A stretch of 53,888 nucleotides of DNA from positions 1-53,888 of the IMG/VR virus record IMGVR_UViG_3300030108_000869; one strand, given 5' to 3'. This DNA comes from a virus (lineage: Duplodnaviria > Caudoviricetes). Each line of letters begins with the position of its first letter. The first letter of the stretch is position 1. The notes under the pieces were generated by a model, which saw only the letters and a list, made by a program, of their open reading frames with translations, ran no database searches and was not told the origin of the DNA. This document shows positions 1-7,411 of the stretch, piece after piece. A program made the translations under genes and the position numbers.

Positions 1-57
1 ATCTATCAATATACCATATGAGTATACAGTTATACATATAACACACAGATAATATAA

Positions 58-95
58 CGTGACCTAAGCATGTCGTCGAATAATAAAACTGCTTT
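58..95 (+). promoter_or_regulatory. H-type pseudoknot candidate upstream of ssb (possible translational operator)
   Basis: GAC(61-63)/GTC(72-74) stem, extendable with 58-60; loop AAGCA(66-70) pairs with TGCTT(90-94); U/A-rich spacer then AAAGG RBS before ssb. Confidence 0.6.
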
Positions 96-129
96 TAATT
101 TTAACCTCTAGCATAGAAAGGTACTATTC

Positions 130-618
130 ATGCAGATTATTTCAGAAGCACGTAATTATCGTATTGATAATGTCGAAATCAATTGGGCTAAATTAGCAAA
201 GCCTGTAAATCCATTTGGCACAGAGCAGTGGGAGCTACAAATAGCTACTACAGATAAAGCTGTTGCAGACGAGTGGTCTAATAATTATCTTAATGTCAAG
301 CAAGACAAATCAGATTCTTCTAAGTTCACAGTCTCGCTTAAGCGTAAAGCTCTTAAAGCTGATGGCACATCTAACGGTCCAGTAAGAGTAGTTGATAAAG
401 CTGCACAACCTTTTGCTGATGTATCAACAATCGGAAACGGTTCTGTTGGCAATGTTATTGTATATCAATATCCGTATGAAACAGCTGGTCGTAAAGGCAC
501 TGCTACATCTCTAACAGCAGTTCAAGTAACTGATCTCAAAGAGTATACAGCTCAAGCAGACTTCACGCCTATTGAAACACCTGCTGAATCTACAGAACAA
601 AATCAAATGCCGTTCTAG
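130..618 (+). CDS. ssb: single-stranded DNA-binding protein (T7 gp2.5-like OB fold)
   Basis: IGNGSVGNV and LTAVQVTDLKEY motifs; partly acidic tail ending MPF. Confidence 0.8.
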   Translation: MQIISEARNYRIDNVEINWAKLAKPVNPFGTEQWELQIATTDKAVADEWSNNYLNVKQDKSDSSKFTVSLKRKALKADGTSNGPVRVVDKAAQPFADVSTIGNGSVGNVIVYQYPYETAGRKGTATSLTAVQVTDLKEYTAQADFTPIETPAESTEQNQMPF

Positions 619-628
619 GAGACTTGCT

Positions 629-769
629 ATGATACTAACAGGTTTATTTCAAGGAATCGTTACTTTAATGCTGATTGCCGGTACTATTACAAGTGTAGAA
701 TCAACTACATCTCTGGATATTACTGGTCTCAAAGCAAAGAAAGAAGCTATATTCCAAACTAAAGATTAA
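629..769 (+). CDS. small membrane protein, 46 aa (start revised from 572)
   Basis: AGGAG RBS at 617-621, ATG 629, hydrophobic N-terminus. Confidence 0.6.
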   Translation: MILTGLFQGIVTLMLIAGTITSVESTTSLDITGLKAKKEAIFQTKD

Positions 770-792
770 GAGGCTCGCGCCTCTTTTTCAAA
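768..792 (+). promoter_or_regulatory. hairpin element 1, candidate virion-RNAP promoter
   Basis: AAGAGGC-TCGC-GCCTCTT-TTTCAAA; near-identical copy at 3136. Confidence 0.6.
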
Positions 793-902
793 GATATAAT
801 AAAACCAGAATGACGCTTAGTCGTAAGGTCGCAAAGCCTTTTATATCTTTTAGTCGTCTAGCACTGCTAATGCTTGAGTGTTCACAGCAGTGCTAGCCGG
901 CT
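790..902 (+). other. structured intergenic leader with two long hairpins
   Basis: AAAGATATAA(790-799)/TTATATCTTT(841-850); CTAGCACTGCT(858-868)/AGCAGTGCTAG(886-896). Confidence 0.55.
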
Positions 903-938
903 TCATTTTAAAGTTAACCTTCATCCGAAAGATTCATT

Positions 939-1433
939 ATGATTTATAGACAACCTCGTAACGGTAAAAACTTTTGGCGTTCTAAGTCATATAAATTTAC
1001 CGTAGCATCTAAAGACGATGAGAGTCTCATCGCACTTAAAAATACTATCGCTAAACAAAATGCTAACGTAAGAAAACATGCTAGAACATATAATATGGTT
1101 ACAGAATACGATATGCTCTACACAGTGCGCCTTATGGCGCGTGGCCCACGCAGATGGCATACCAAATTCAAAGCTCCTCTAGTTCGATACTTCAAAGGTG
1201 CTTACGGTATTCCTCAAACTCAAAAGCTATTACATGGCAATGCTGATTCTAATCTAAACCACAAGTTCGCCGAAGAGTTCGATGTATATGTACATCACGA
1301 TAGGCAAGGTATCGATAAACTAAAACATGAAATCGAAACCGGTCAAACTCCTAGCGTACAGCGTAAAATCGAAAAGCTTAAAAATAAAATATGGCGTTTA
1401 GAGTACGAAGCAAAGCAGGCTAAATATGCATGA
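939..1433 (+). CDS. hypothetical basic early protein
   Basis: 164 aa ORF in early cluster. Confidence 0.75.
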   Translation: MIYRQPRNGKNFWRSKSYKFTVASKDDESLIALKNTIAKQNANVRKHARTYNMVTEYDMLYTVRLMARGPRRWHTKFKAPLVRYFKGAYGIPQTQKLLHGNADSNLNHKFAEEFDVYVHHDRQGIDKLKHEIETGQTPSVQRKIEKLKNKIWRLEYEAKQAKYA

Positions 1434-1521
1434 AGAAAAAACTATATTCGAAATAATCGGCATAACTGTCGGTTTACTATTAGCTCTTCGTGCAGCTCTC
1501 TACTTCTTTTACTATAAATAA
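1426..1521 (+). CDS. 31 aa membrane peptide (MHEEKTIFEIIGITVGLLLALRAALYFFYYK)
   Basis: read manually; overlaps upstream stop; one TM helix. Confidence 0.5.
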   Translation: MHEEKTIFEIIGITVGLLLALRAALYFFYYK

Positions 1522-1535
1522 CTAAAAGGTTTATT

Positions 1536-1817
1536 ATGCCACTATTTCAAGTATATAAAGATATTATCAATACTTCTCAATCAGTTCTACAAGCTAGATC
1601 TGATGAACTTGAATCTATCGTAAATGATTTTATTGAAGAAACTGTTTTAGAGTTTCGTGAAAATATAACTCAACTAGCAGCTACTAATAATTTTACCGAT
1701 GAAGATATTAATATTATTATTACAGGCTGTCGCACTTCCGATGAATATAAAGATCTCGAAGACATCGAAAACTGCGAAATACGAAATGTTATGACTTCAA
1801 CATTCTGTAATTTCTAA
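1536..1817 (+). CDS. hypothetical acidic early protein
   Basis: 93 aa ORF, AAGG RBS. Confidence 0.7.
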   Translation: MPLFQVYKDIINTSQSVLQARSDELESIVNDFIEETVLEFRENITQLAATNNFTDEDINIIITGCRTSDEYKDLEDIENCEIRNVMTSTFCNF

Positions 1818-1819
1818 TT

Positions 1820-1984
1820 ATGGTAGTCGAATATAAAATAATACTCGATGAGAAAGAACGCGATTTGCTTCTTGATCTTATCGAACATCGTATATTCTTA
1901 CTTAAATTTGATACTGAACGCGAACCTAGCGAAGTCAAAGAAGAAATGACTAGGCTAGTACAACTAGGAGGTAGATTAACATGA
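1820..1984 (+). CDS. hypothetical protein, 54 aa
   Basis: read manually; fills gap; ATGA-coupled to next ORF. Confidence 0.6.
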   Translation: MVVEYKIILDEKERDLLLDLIEHRIFLLKFDTEREPSEVKEEMTRLVQLGGRLT

Positions 1985-2082
1985 ACCCTTTCAGAAAATA
2001 TTCTTTCTTCGAATGGATTATTATAATCGGTCTTACCGCTTTTATGATTACCATTATTGAAATGCATTTCCCATCGCTATGA
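1981..2082 (+). CDS. 33 aa membrane peptide
   Basis: AGGAGG RBS, ATGA overlaps at both ends, TM helix WIIIIGLTAFMITII. Confidence 0.6.
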   Translation: MNPFRKYSFFEWIIIIGLTAFMITIIEMHFPSL

Positions 2083-2294
2083 AACTATTTCATTTCGATG
2101 TCTCTGAGCGATCACCAGTCGATAATAAAGTAAGGTTGTTTGCCAAAGCAACTGCACTTGATTTAGGCTTCGTCACTCATGAAGAACTTAAAAATAAACA
2201 AAAGATTAATGGCACTCATTGGGTTCCATTAGGCTCATTTAAAAATAAAAAAGATGCTTATGATTATATAGGCGTTATTAAATCTTCACGGTAA
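2079..2294 (+). CDS. hypothetical protein
   Basis: 71 aa ORF, translationally coupled. Confidence 0.65.
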   Translation: MKLFHFDVSERSPVDNKVRLFAKATALDLGFVTHEELKNKQKINGTHWVPLGSFKNKKDAYDYIGVIKSSR

Positions 2295-2364
2295 CTATAG
2301 TGTAAAGGTTGCACGACAGTTTGTGATTCTGTTAGTTTGAGTTCAAGTCTCAATAGTTACCCCA
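2290..2364 (+). tRNA. trnH: tRNA-His(GTG)
   Basis: acceptor GTAACTA/TAGTTAC, encoded G-1:C73, anticodon loop TTGTGAT, T-arm TTGAG-TTCAAGT-CTCAA, encoded CCA. Confidence 0.93.
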
Positions 2365-2367
2365 AAG

Positions 2368-2476
2368 TTTTGCAATAAGAGTTAAGGCCTCCTAGTCGGT
2401 AGCGACGACATTAAATAACCACGCAACTTCTCTTGACAGGTTCCTTGAGCTCACTCGGCCTGGTGAGATTGCAAAA
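2368..2476 (+). ncRNA. candidate structured ncRNA directly 3' of tRNA-His
   Basis: closing stem TTTTGCAAT/ATTGCAAAA, inner stems GTCG/CGAC, AAGAG/CTCTT, CTCAC/GTGAG; no ORF. Confidence 0.45.
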
Positions 2477-2528
2477 ATAAGCCTAGAGCGGCTACAATGA
2501 AGTAGTACCTCTAGGCTTATTGTTTTTT
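2476..2528. terminator. intrinsic terminator, probably bidirectional
   Basis: 13-bp stem AATAAGCCTAGAG/CTCTAGGCTTATT with T-run, between convergent units. Confidence 0.75.
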
Positions 2529-2531
2529 CGA

Positions 2532-2543
2532 AACCCACATCCG
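2532..2543 (+). repeat. 12-bp direct repeat AACCCACATCCG, copy 1
   Basis: identical copy at 2992-3003. Confidence 0.85.
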
Positions 2544-2547
2544 ACGA

Positions 2548-2952
2548 CTAGTCACTTTCGGCTGAAAGTTCTGCAATTTTCTTTTGCAATTCTTCTTCAG
2601 ATAACTCTGAAGCATCTAACGATAAATTAGTCTGATCGATTCTTTGCAACTTAGGTTGCTCAAACTCTGCTAATGCTAACGCTAGTCTTTCAATAGTTTC
2701 ATGATCTTCTAGCTGTATAGCTTTAGCTAACTGTACTTTTAATATATCTACAGCTGAAGGCATATCACTAACAACTTCATCACGAATCTTTTTAAACTCA
2801 GAAGCTGATAATCTCATAGCTTCTCTTAACAATTTATTTTGACGTTTAGTCTCAGCACCTTTAGCTTGCATTTCTCGAGCTCTATTAGAATCCATAACTG
2901 GTCTTAGCTGTGCAAGTGAATTAGGATGCTTTCCATTATTTTCATAACCCAT
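2548..2952 (-). CDS. terminase small subunit-like protein
   Basis: N-terminal KHPNSLAQLRP..AREMQAKG and C-terminal LSEEELQKKIAEL typical of TerS-like proteins; GGAG RBS before ATG 2952. Confidence 0.55.
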   Translation of the reverse strand: MGYENNGKHPNSLAQLRPVMDSNRAREMQAKGAETKRQNKLLREAMRLSASEFKKIRDEVVSDMPSAVDILKVQLAKAIQLEDHETIERLALALAEFEQPKLQRIDQTNLSLDASELSEEELQKKIAELSAESD

Positions 2953-2966
2953 AATTTTCTCCAATA

Positions 2967-2984
2967 TCTTTTAGGAGACATTTA
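2967..2984 (-). promoter_or_regulatory. phage RNAP (late) promoter candidate TAAATGTCTCCTAAAAGA
   Basis: one of three copies, each just upstream of a minus-strand RBS. Confidence 0.7.
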
Positions 2985-2991
2985 TTTTAAC

Positions 2992-3003
2992 AACCCACAT
3001 CCG
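2992..3003 (+). repeat. 12-bp direct repeat AACCCACATCCG, copy 2
   Basis: identical to 2532-2543. Confidence 0.85.
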
Positions 3004-3014
3004 GAGTATTCGCA

Positions 3015-3185
3015 ATGAAAACACATATCAGAATAATAAATCCAATGGCTAGAGCTATGAATGAAGGTAGAAGGCGTCAATATGCGCATAAAATTATTCC
3101 GGATAAAACTAAATATAATCGTAAGAAATCTAAACAAGTGGCTCACGCCACTTTTTCTAATAATATAAATAAAGAAAGGAACTAG
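3015..3185 (+). CDS. small basic protein, 56 aa
   Basis: read manually; GGAG RBS; NPMAR..IIPDKTKYNRK pattern seen in small phage proteins. Confidence 0.6.
   Translation: MKTHIRIINPMARAMNEGRRRQYAHKIIPDKTKYNRKKSKQVAHATFSNNINKERN
3136..3160 (+). promoter_or_regulatory. hairpin element 2, candidate virion-RNAP promoter
   Basis: AAGTGGC-TCAC-GCCACTT-TTTCTAA; compensatory A:T to T:A change relative to copy 1. Confidence 0.6.
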
Positions 3186-3186
3186 T

Positions 3187-3528
3187 ATGGCTAAAGTAAC
3201 CGCATCAACTGTACTAAAAGAAGCCGCTGAACTTAAAGAAAAGAAGCAGGTAGACTATCAAGGTGATAGATATACTGAAGAAGATTATTTCCCATTCGGC
3301 AATATATCTTACTTACACATGATTCATACTAAGTACTTAAGAATTATGAACTTAGCACAATCAGATGGAACAACTAACTTTGAATCTCTCGAAGATTCAC
3401 TCACAGATATGTCAGTATACTGTGCAATGTTTTCTGCATACTTACAGAATAAAAAGATGGAAGAAAACGATTATGATATAAAAGAAGCAAGCATTATAGA
3501 CAAAATTAATTTTGAGAAAGGCTTATAA
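3187..3528 (+). CDS. DUF1599/Nmad1-like alpha-helical nucleotide-modification-associated protein
   Basis: KKQVDY..KYLRIMNL..ESLEDSLTDMSVYC pattern. Confidence 0.6.
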   Translation: MAKVTASTVLKEAAELKEKKQVDYQGDRYTEEDYFPFGNISYLHMIHTKYLRIMNLAQSDGTTNFESLEDSLTDMSVYCAMFSAYLQNKKMEENDYDIKEASIIDKINFEKGL

Positions 3529-3760
3529 AGTGCAACATAAAAATCTATTTGATCACAATAAATTTGGTGATGCTATTAAATACAATGTATTAGTATGCAA
3601 ACAACAATATTCTGAAAAGAAAATTGCAATCAAAGTAGAAGAAATTGAATCAATTGAAGAATGGAATAATGATTCTTTATGTGTATACATGAGATCAGGT
3701 ACCAGACTTTATGTTGAAGGTAACCTAACAGATATATTCGCAGATAAGAAAGGTATATAA
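3512..3760 (+). CDS. hypothetical protein
   Basis: 82 aa ORF, start uncertain. Confidence 0.55.
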   Translation: MRKAYKVQHKNLFDHNKFGDAIKYNVLVCKQQYSEKKIAIKVEEIESIEEWNNDSLCVYMRSGTRLYVEGNLTDIFADKKGI

Positions 3761-3762
3761 CT

Positions 3763-4014
3763 ATGAGTATGACTAGACAAAACTTTGAAGCACTCGCAGA
3801 AATGTGTGCAGATGAAACTAACGAAGAATTACTTTGTGAAGCTACTATTGATTTACTTGCAGCTTTTTGCAGATCTCAAAATAGTAGATTTGATTCTACA
3901 AGATTTCATAGTAGAATCGCTAGCCTCAAAGCTAAACGTAAACTACAACAACGTATGGCTATGAAAGGCGTTAACAAAGAATGGTTTGATTCACATGTTG
4001 AGGTGATAATGTAA
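3763..4014 (+). CDS. hypothetical protein
   Basis: 83 aa; MTRQNFEALA..NSRFDSTRF pattern common in small phage proteins. Confidence 0.7.
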   Translation: MSMTRQNFEALAEMCADETNEELLCEATIDLLAAFCRSQNSRFDSTRFHSRIASLKAKRKLQQRMAMKGVNKEWFDSHVEVIM

Positions 4015-4865
4015 TGCAAGTATATAATCAAAAGTATTTAAATATAGCTGAAGATATACTAAGATACGGTCATCAAAGAGAAGGAAGGAATGGTGTAGTT
4101 CGCTCTATACCATTCCAAGATCTTATGTTTGATATGCGAAATGATTATTTTCCGCTAATAACATCACGTAAAATATACTATGATGGTGTATTTGGTGAAT
4201 ATGCCGCTATGATTAGAGGGCCTAAAAATATTAAAGACTTTCAGAAATGGGGGTGTAATTACTGGAATGAGTTCGGAGATCCTGATACTGGCGAGTTACG
4301 TCTTAGTTATGGTAATAGTTGGCTTGATTTTAATGGTGTTAATCAAATAGAAGAATTATTATATAATCTTAAACACCATAGATATGATAGAAGACATATA
4401 ATTACTGCATGGAATCCCGCAGATAAAGATCTTACACTACCACCATGTCATTTCTTATATCAATTTTATGTAGATCAAACTGTAGCATCATTTGATCATG
4501 CTAGAAACGGACCTAACGATAATGATACTTCAGATACTTTATCTATGATAATGTATTCGAGATCAGGTGATTGGATGGTTGGTGTACCTAGTGACATGGT
4601 ATTTGGTGCAACTATGTTAGCACATATATCTGCATTAGTTAACTTAAAACCTGGAACACTTAAATTATTTGTAGCAGATGCTCATATTTATCTTGAACAT
4701 TTTACAAAAGCCCAGGAGCAAATAGAAAATGGTTATCTATGGGTAGATGCTAAGTATAGCATACAGCCACAAGTAGGTTTAAACTATAATGAGTTTCAAC
4801 CAAAACATATGGACATATATAATTATGAACCTAGAGGAAATATAAAGTATGAACTTAAAACGTAA
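4014..4865 (+). CDS. thymidylate synthase-family enzyme, predicted dCMP (hydroxy)methylase
   Basis: DRRHIITAWN, LPPCH catalytic Cys, RSGD, DAHIY; Asp (GVPSD) at the position of E. coli ThyA Asn177. Confidence 0.85.
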   Translation: MQVYNQKYLNIAEDILRYGHQREGRNGVVRSIPFQDLMFDMRNDYFPLITSRKIYYDGVFGEYAAMIRGPKNIKDFQKWGCNYWNEFGDPDTGELRLSYGNSWLDFNGVNQIEELLYNLKHHRYDRRHIITAWNPADKDLTLPPCHFLYQFYVDQTVASFDHARNGPNDNDTSDTLSMIMYSRSGDWMVGVPSDMVFGATMLAHISALVNLKPGTLKLFVADAHIYLEHFTKAQEQIENGYLWVDAKYSIQPQVGLNYNEFQPKHMDIYNYEPRGNIKYELKT

Positions 4866-5382
4866 TGAAAATTATTCAGAATGGTATGATGACATTAGAA
4901 TAATGCATGATAAATTCGGTGCTAAAGAATGGGTTAGACGCCAATTCGAAGCAAGAAATTATAAATTATTAAATGATTTCTTAGCATTTAGATTAGACTT
5001 TTTAGAAGAAGAGTTTGAAGAAACTCAAGCAGCTTTCCTAAATAAAGATCACACAGAAGTAGTTGATGGTTTAATTGATCTTATTGTTATCGCAATAGGT
5101 ACACTAGAATTATTTAACTGTGATGCTGATAAAGTATGGAAAGAAGTACATAAATCTAATATGGCTAAAGAACCTGGAGCAAATAAATCCAGGAAAAATC
5201 CATTTGGTTTACCAGATATGGTTAAACCAGAAGGTTGGAAAGGACCTGAAATAACTAAATATGATTGCGGAATACTATCAGATATATTTGAATCAGAAAA
5301 AGAAAGACTTCAAATGTTAAGAGAAAAACGTGATCTTGAAAATGAATTCAAAGGTCAAGTAGCAAACTCACAATATGAATAA
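4849..5382 (+). CDS. MazG-like/PRA-PH-like NTP pyrophosphohydrolase
   Basis: EEEFEE..EVVDGLIDL..EVHKSNMAK..KPEGW. Confidence 0.85.
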   Translation: MNLKRNENYSEWYDDIRIMHDKFGAKEWVRRQFEARNYKLLNDFLAFRLDFLEEEFEETQAAFLNKDHTEVVDGLIDLIVIAIGTLELFNCDADKVWKEVHKSNMAKEPGANKSRKNPFGLPDMVKPEGWKGPEITKYDCGILSDIFESEKERLQMLREKRDLENEFKGQVANSQYE

Positions 5383-5391
5383 GGAGTATAT

Positions 5392-5592
5392 ATGAGTAAA
5401 GACGATTTACAAGAAACTAATGTTTCACCAGAAGCAGAACCAATTACACTTCATCAAATTAGAGCTATGATTGTAGGAGATGAAGATAAAGTAAAACTAT
5501 TAAATATATTTGATAATTTAGTAGCTGACAATAATAAACTTAAAGCTGAGCTTGATGCCGGCAGAAAGGCTAACGATGAGGCTAACGTTTGA
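5392..5592 (+). CDS. hypothetical protein
   Basis: 66 aa, AAGGAG RBS. Confidence 0.7.
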   Translation: MSKDDLQETNVSPEAEPITLHQIRAMIVGDEDKVKLLNIFDNLVADNNKLKAELDAGRKANDEANV

Positions 5593-7411
5593 TATAGAAA
5601 CGGACGGTCTTGATGCGACTAAAATATGGTGTCTAGTGATACAAAACCTGGACACCAATCGTATCATGAAATATACTGACGAATCAGATAAATATGATGG
5701 ACCTATTAAAATGGGTTTATCATTATTAGAAAATGCAAAATTATTAATAGCACATAATGGTATTGGTTTTGATGCATTAGTAATTAAAAGATTATATAAT
5801 ATTGATTTATATAATGGAGATAGGTTCTTCGATACATGGATAGCATCTCAAGTATTAAATTACAGACGACCACATAAACATGGGTTAGCTGGATGGGGTG
5901 AATATCTTAGATACCATAAAGGTAACTATGATGACTGGTCACATTTTTCTGATAGAATGATGGAGTATTGTGTAAGAGATGTTAAATTAAACTCTGTAAT
6001 ATATAGTCATCTTACATCAGAATTAAATAGAATAGCAATGAAGCAACCATTAATACGTAAAGGTTTACGAAATGAAATGGCTGCTGCTAAGTTTGATGCA
6101 TACTGTCAATACTATGGCTGGGCTTTTAATAAAGATAAAGCTAATTTATTATTAGATAATATTGAAAGTAACATGAATGCTATCGAAAAAGTAATTGAAC
6201 CTGAATTACCACCAGTTACTAGACTAATTGATAAGAAACCTAAGACACCTAAGTTTACTAAGAAAGGCGAATATACTGCAGCTACTGCACGTATGCTAAG
6301 TGAATTTCTTAATCAAGAAGTTAAACCTAATCATACATTTAAATGGGCAGCCGGTAGAGAGTTTCAAAGAAAAGAAACTAAGAAAGCTAACATGGGTAAT
6401 CTTGCACAAGTTAAAGAGTATCTATATTCAATTGGATGGGAACCTGATGATTGGAAAATGGAAAGATTAGGTAGAGAGTTCATTAAGAAAACACCTAAAC
6501 TTACATCAACTTCATTAGAAAAGCTTGGTGATAAAGGTAAAATGATTGATGAATGGACTACACTTAGATCACGTAGAGGTGTTGTTGAAGGCTGGCTTAA
6601 TAACTTAAAGAATAATAGATTACATGGTAAACTATGGATAATAGGTACACCTACATTTAGATGTCGCCATGAAGTTATTGCTAATCTTCCAGCAGCTAAT
6701 GCTAAACTTGGTAAATCAATTAGAGAATTACTAACAGCAGAACCTGGAAGAAAAATAGTAGGTGCTGACTCTAGTGGTAATCAATTTAGATCTCTTGCTC
6801 ATTATGTTAAAGATAAAAGTCTTACAAATCAAATACTTAGCGGTGATATTCATCAGTATAACGCAGACATTATTAATACTGATAGACGAACTGCAAAGAC
6901 TTGGATCTATGCATTTCTATTTGGTGCAGGTGCAACTAAACTTGGTAAAGTATTAACTGGTACTGGTAACTTAAGTGCTGGTAAAGATTCTATTGAAAGA
7001 TATGGTGATGCTATACCTGGTTTGAAATCATTAAAAGATAATCTAATATCAATGTGGAATATAGCAGACGGTCATAATAGAAATGTCGAAGGATATATTC
7101 CTGGTCTTGATGGTCGTAAAGTTTATGTACCGCAAGATTATCAAACACTTAACTATTTGTTACAAAGTTGCGAAGCTATAACTACAAAAGCTGCATTGTA
7201 TTATCAAATGAATAAGATTAAATCAGAACATCTTGATGCTGAACCTAGACTTTATTATCACGATGAAGTAGCATGGTCAGTAGCAGAAGAAGATGCTGAT
7301 AGAGTATTAGAAATACTTACAGAATCATTTGCCGAAGGTCCTAAAGAAATGGGCGTAGATATTATGGCAGGTGAAGGTACAATTGGTAATAACTACGCGG
7401 AGGTACACTAA
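5576..7411 (+). CDS. polA: DNA polymerase, family A (3'-5' exonuclease plus polymerase)
   Basis: FDIETDG, HNGIGFD, YCVRDV exo motifs; ADSSGNQFR, RRTAKTWIYAFLFG, YHDE; start revised to MRLTFD. Confidence 0.95.
   Translation: MRLTFDIETDGLDATKIWCLVIQNLDTNRIMKYTDESDKYDGPIKMGLSLLENAKLLIAHNGIGFDALVIKRLYNIDLYNGDRFFDTWIASQVLNYRRPHKHGLAGWGEYLRYHKGNYDDWSHFSDRMMEYCVRDVKLNSVIYSHLTSELNRIAMKQPLIRKGLRNEMAAAKFDAYCQYYGWAFNKDKANLLLDNIESNMNAIEKVIEPELPPVTRLIDKKPKTPKFTKKGEYTAATARMLSEFLNQEVKPNHTFKWAAGREFQRKETKKANMGNLAQVKEYLYSIGWEPDDWKMERLGREFIKKTPKLTSTSLEKLGDKGKMIDEWTTLRSRRGVVEGWLNNLKNNRLHGKLWIIGTPTFRCRHEVIANLPAANAKLGKSIRELLTAEPGRKIVGADSSGNQFRSLAHYVKDKSLTNQILSGDIHQYNADIINTDRRTAKTWIYAFLFGAGATKLGKVLTGTGNLSAGKDSIERYGDAIPGLKSLKDNLISMWNIADGHNRNVEGYIPGLDGRKVYVPQDYQTLNYLLQSCEAITTKAALYYQMNKIKSEHLDAEPRLYYHDEVAWSVAEEDADRVLEILTESFAEGPKEMGVDIMAGEGTIGNNYAEVH

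Noticed and set aside
800-904. c-di-GMP-I riboswitch (AAACC..GG.CGCAAAGCC..GTCTA..TAGCCGG)
   Set aside because: No GNRA tetraloop, and a 15-nt insertion at the junction pairs elsewhere; a cmsearch with the c-di-GMP-I model would settle it
1789-2067. Minus-strand 92-aa ORF
   Set aside because: Antisense shadow of two coupled plus-strand ORFs, one with a strong RBS
2387-2410. HDV/theta ribozyme after the tRNA (GCC-TCCTAGTC-GGT resembles P3/L3)
   Set aside because: No P1 complement upstream and no GG for P1.1
2290-2543. Prophage att site at the tRNA
   Set aside because: No integrase, repressor, duplicated tRNA end or host genes
4014-4865. Canonical thyA annotation
   Set aside because: Asp at the Asn177 position argues against dUMP specificity
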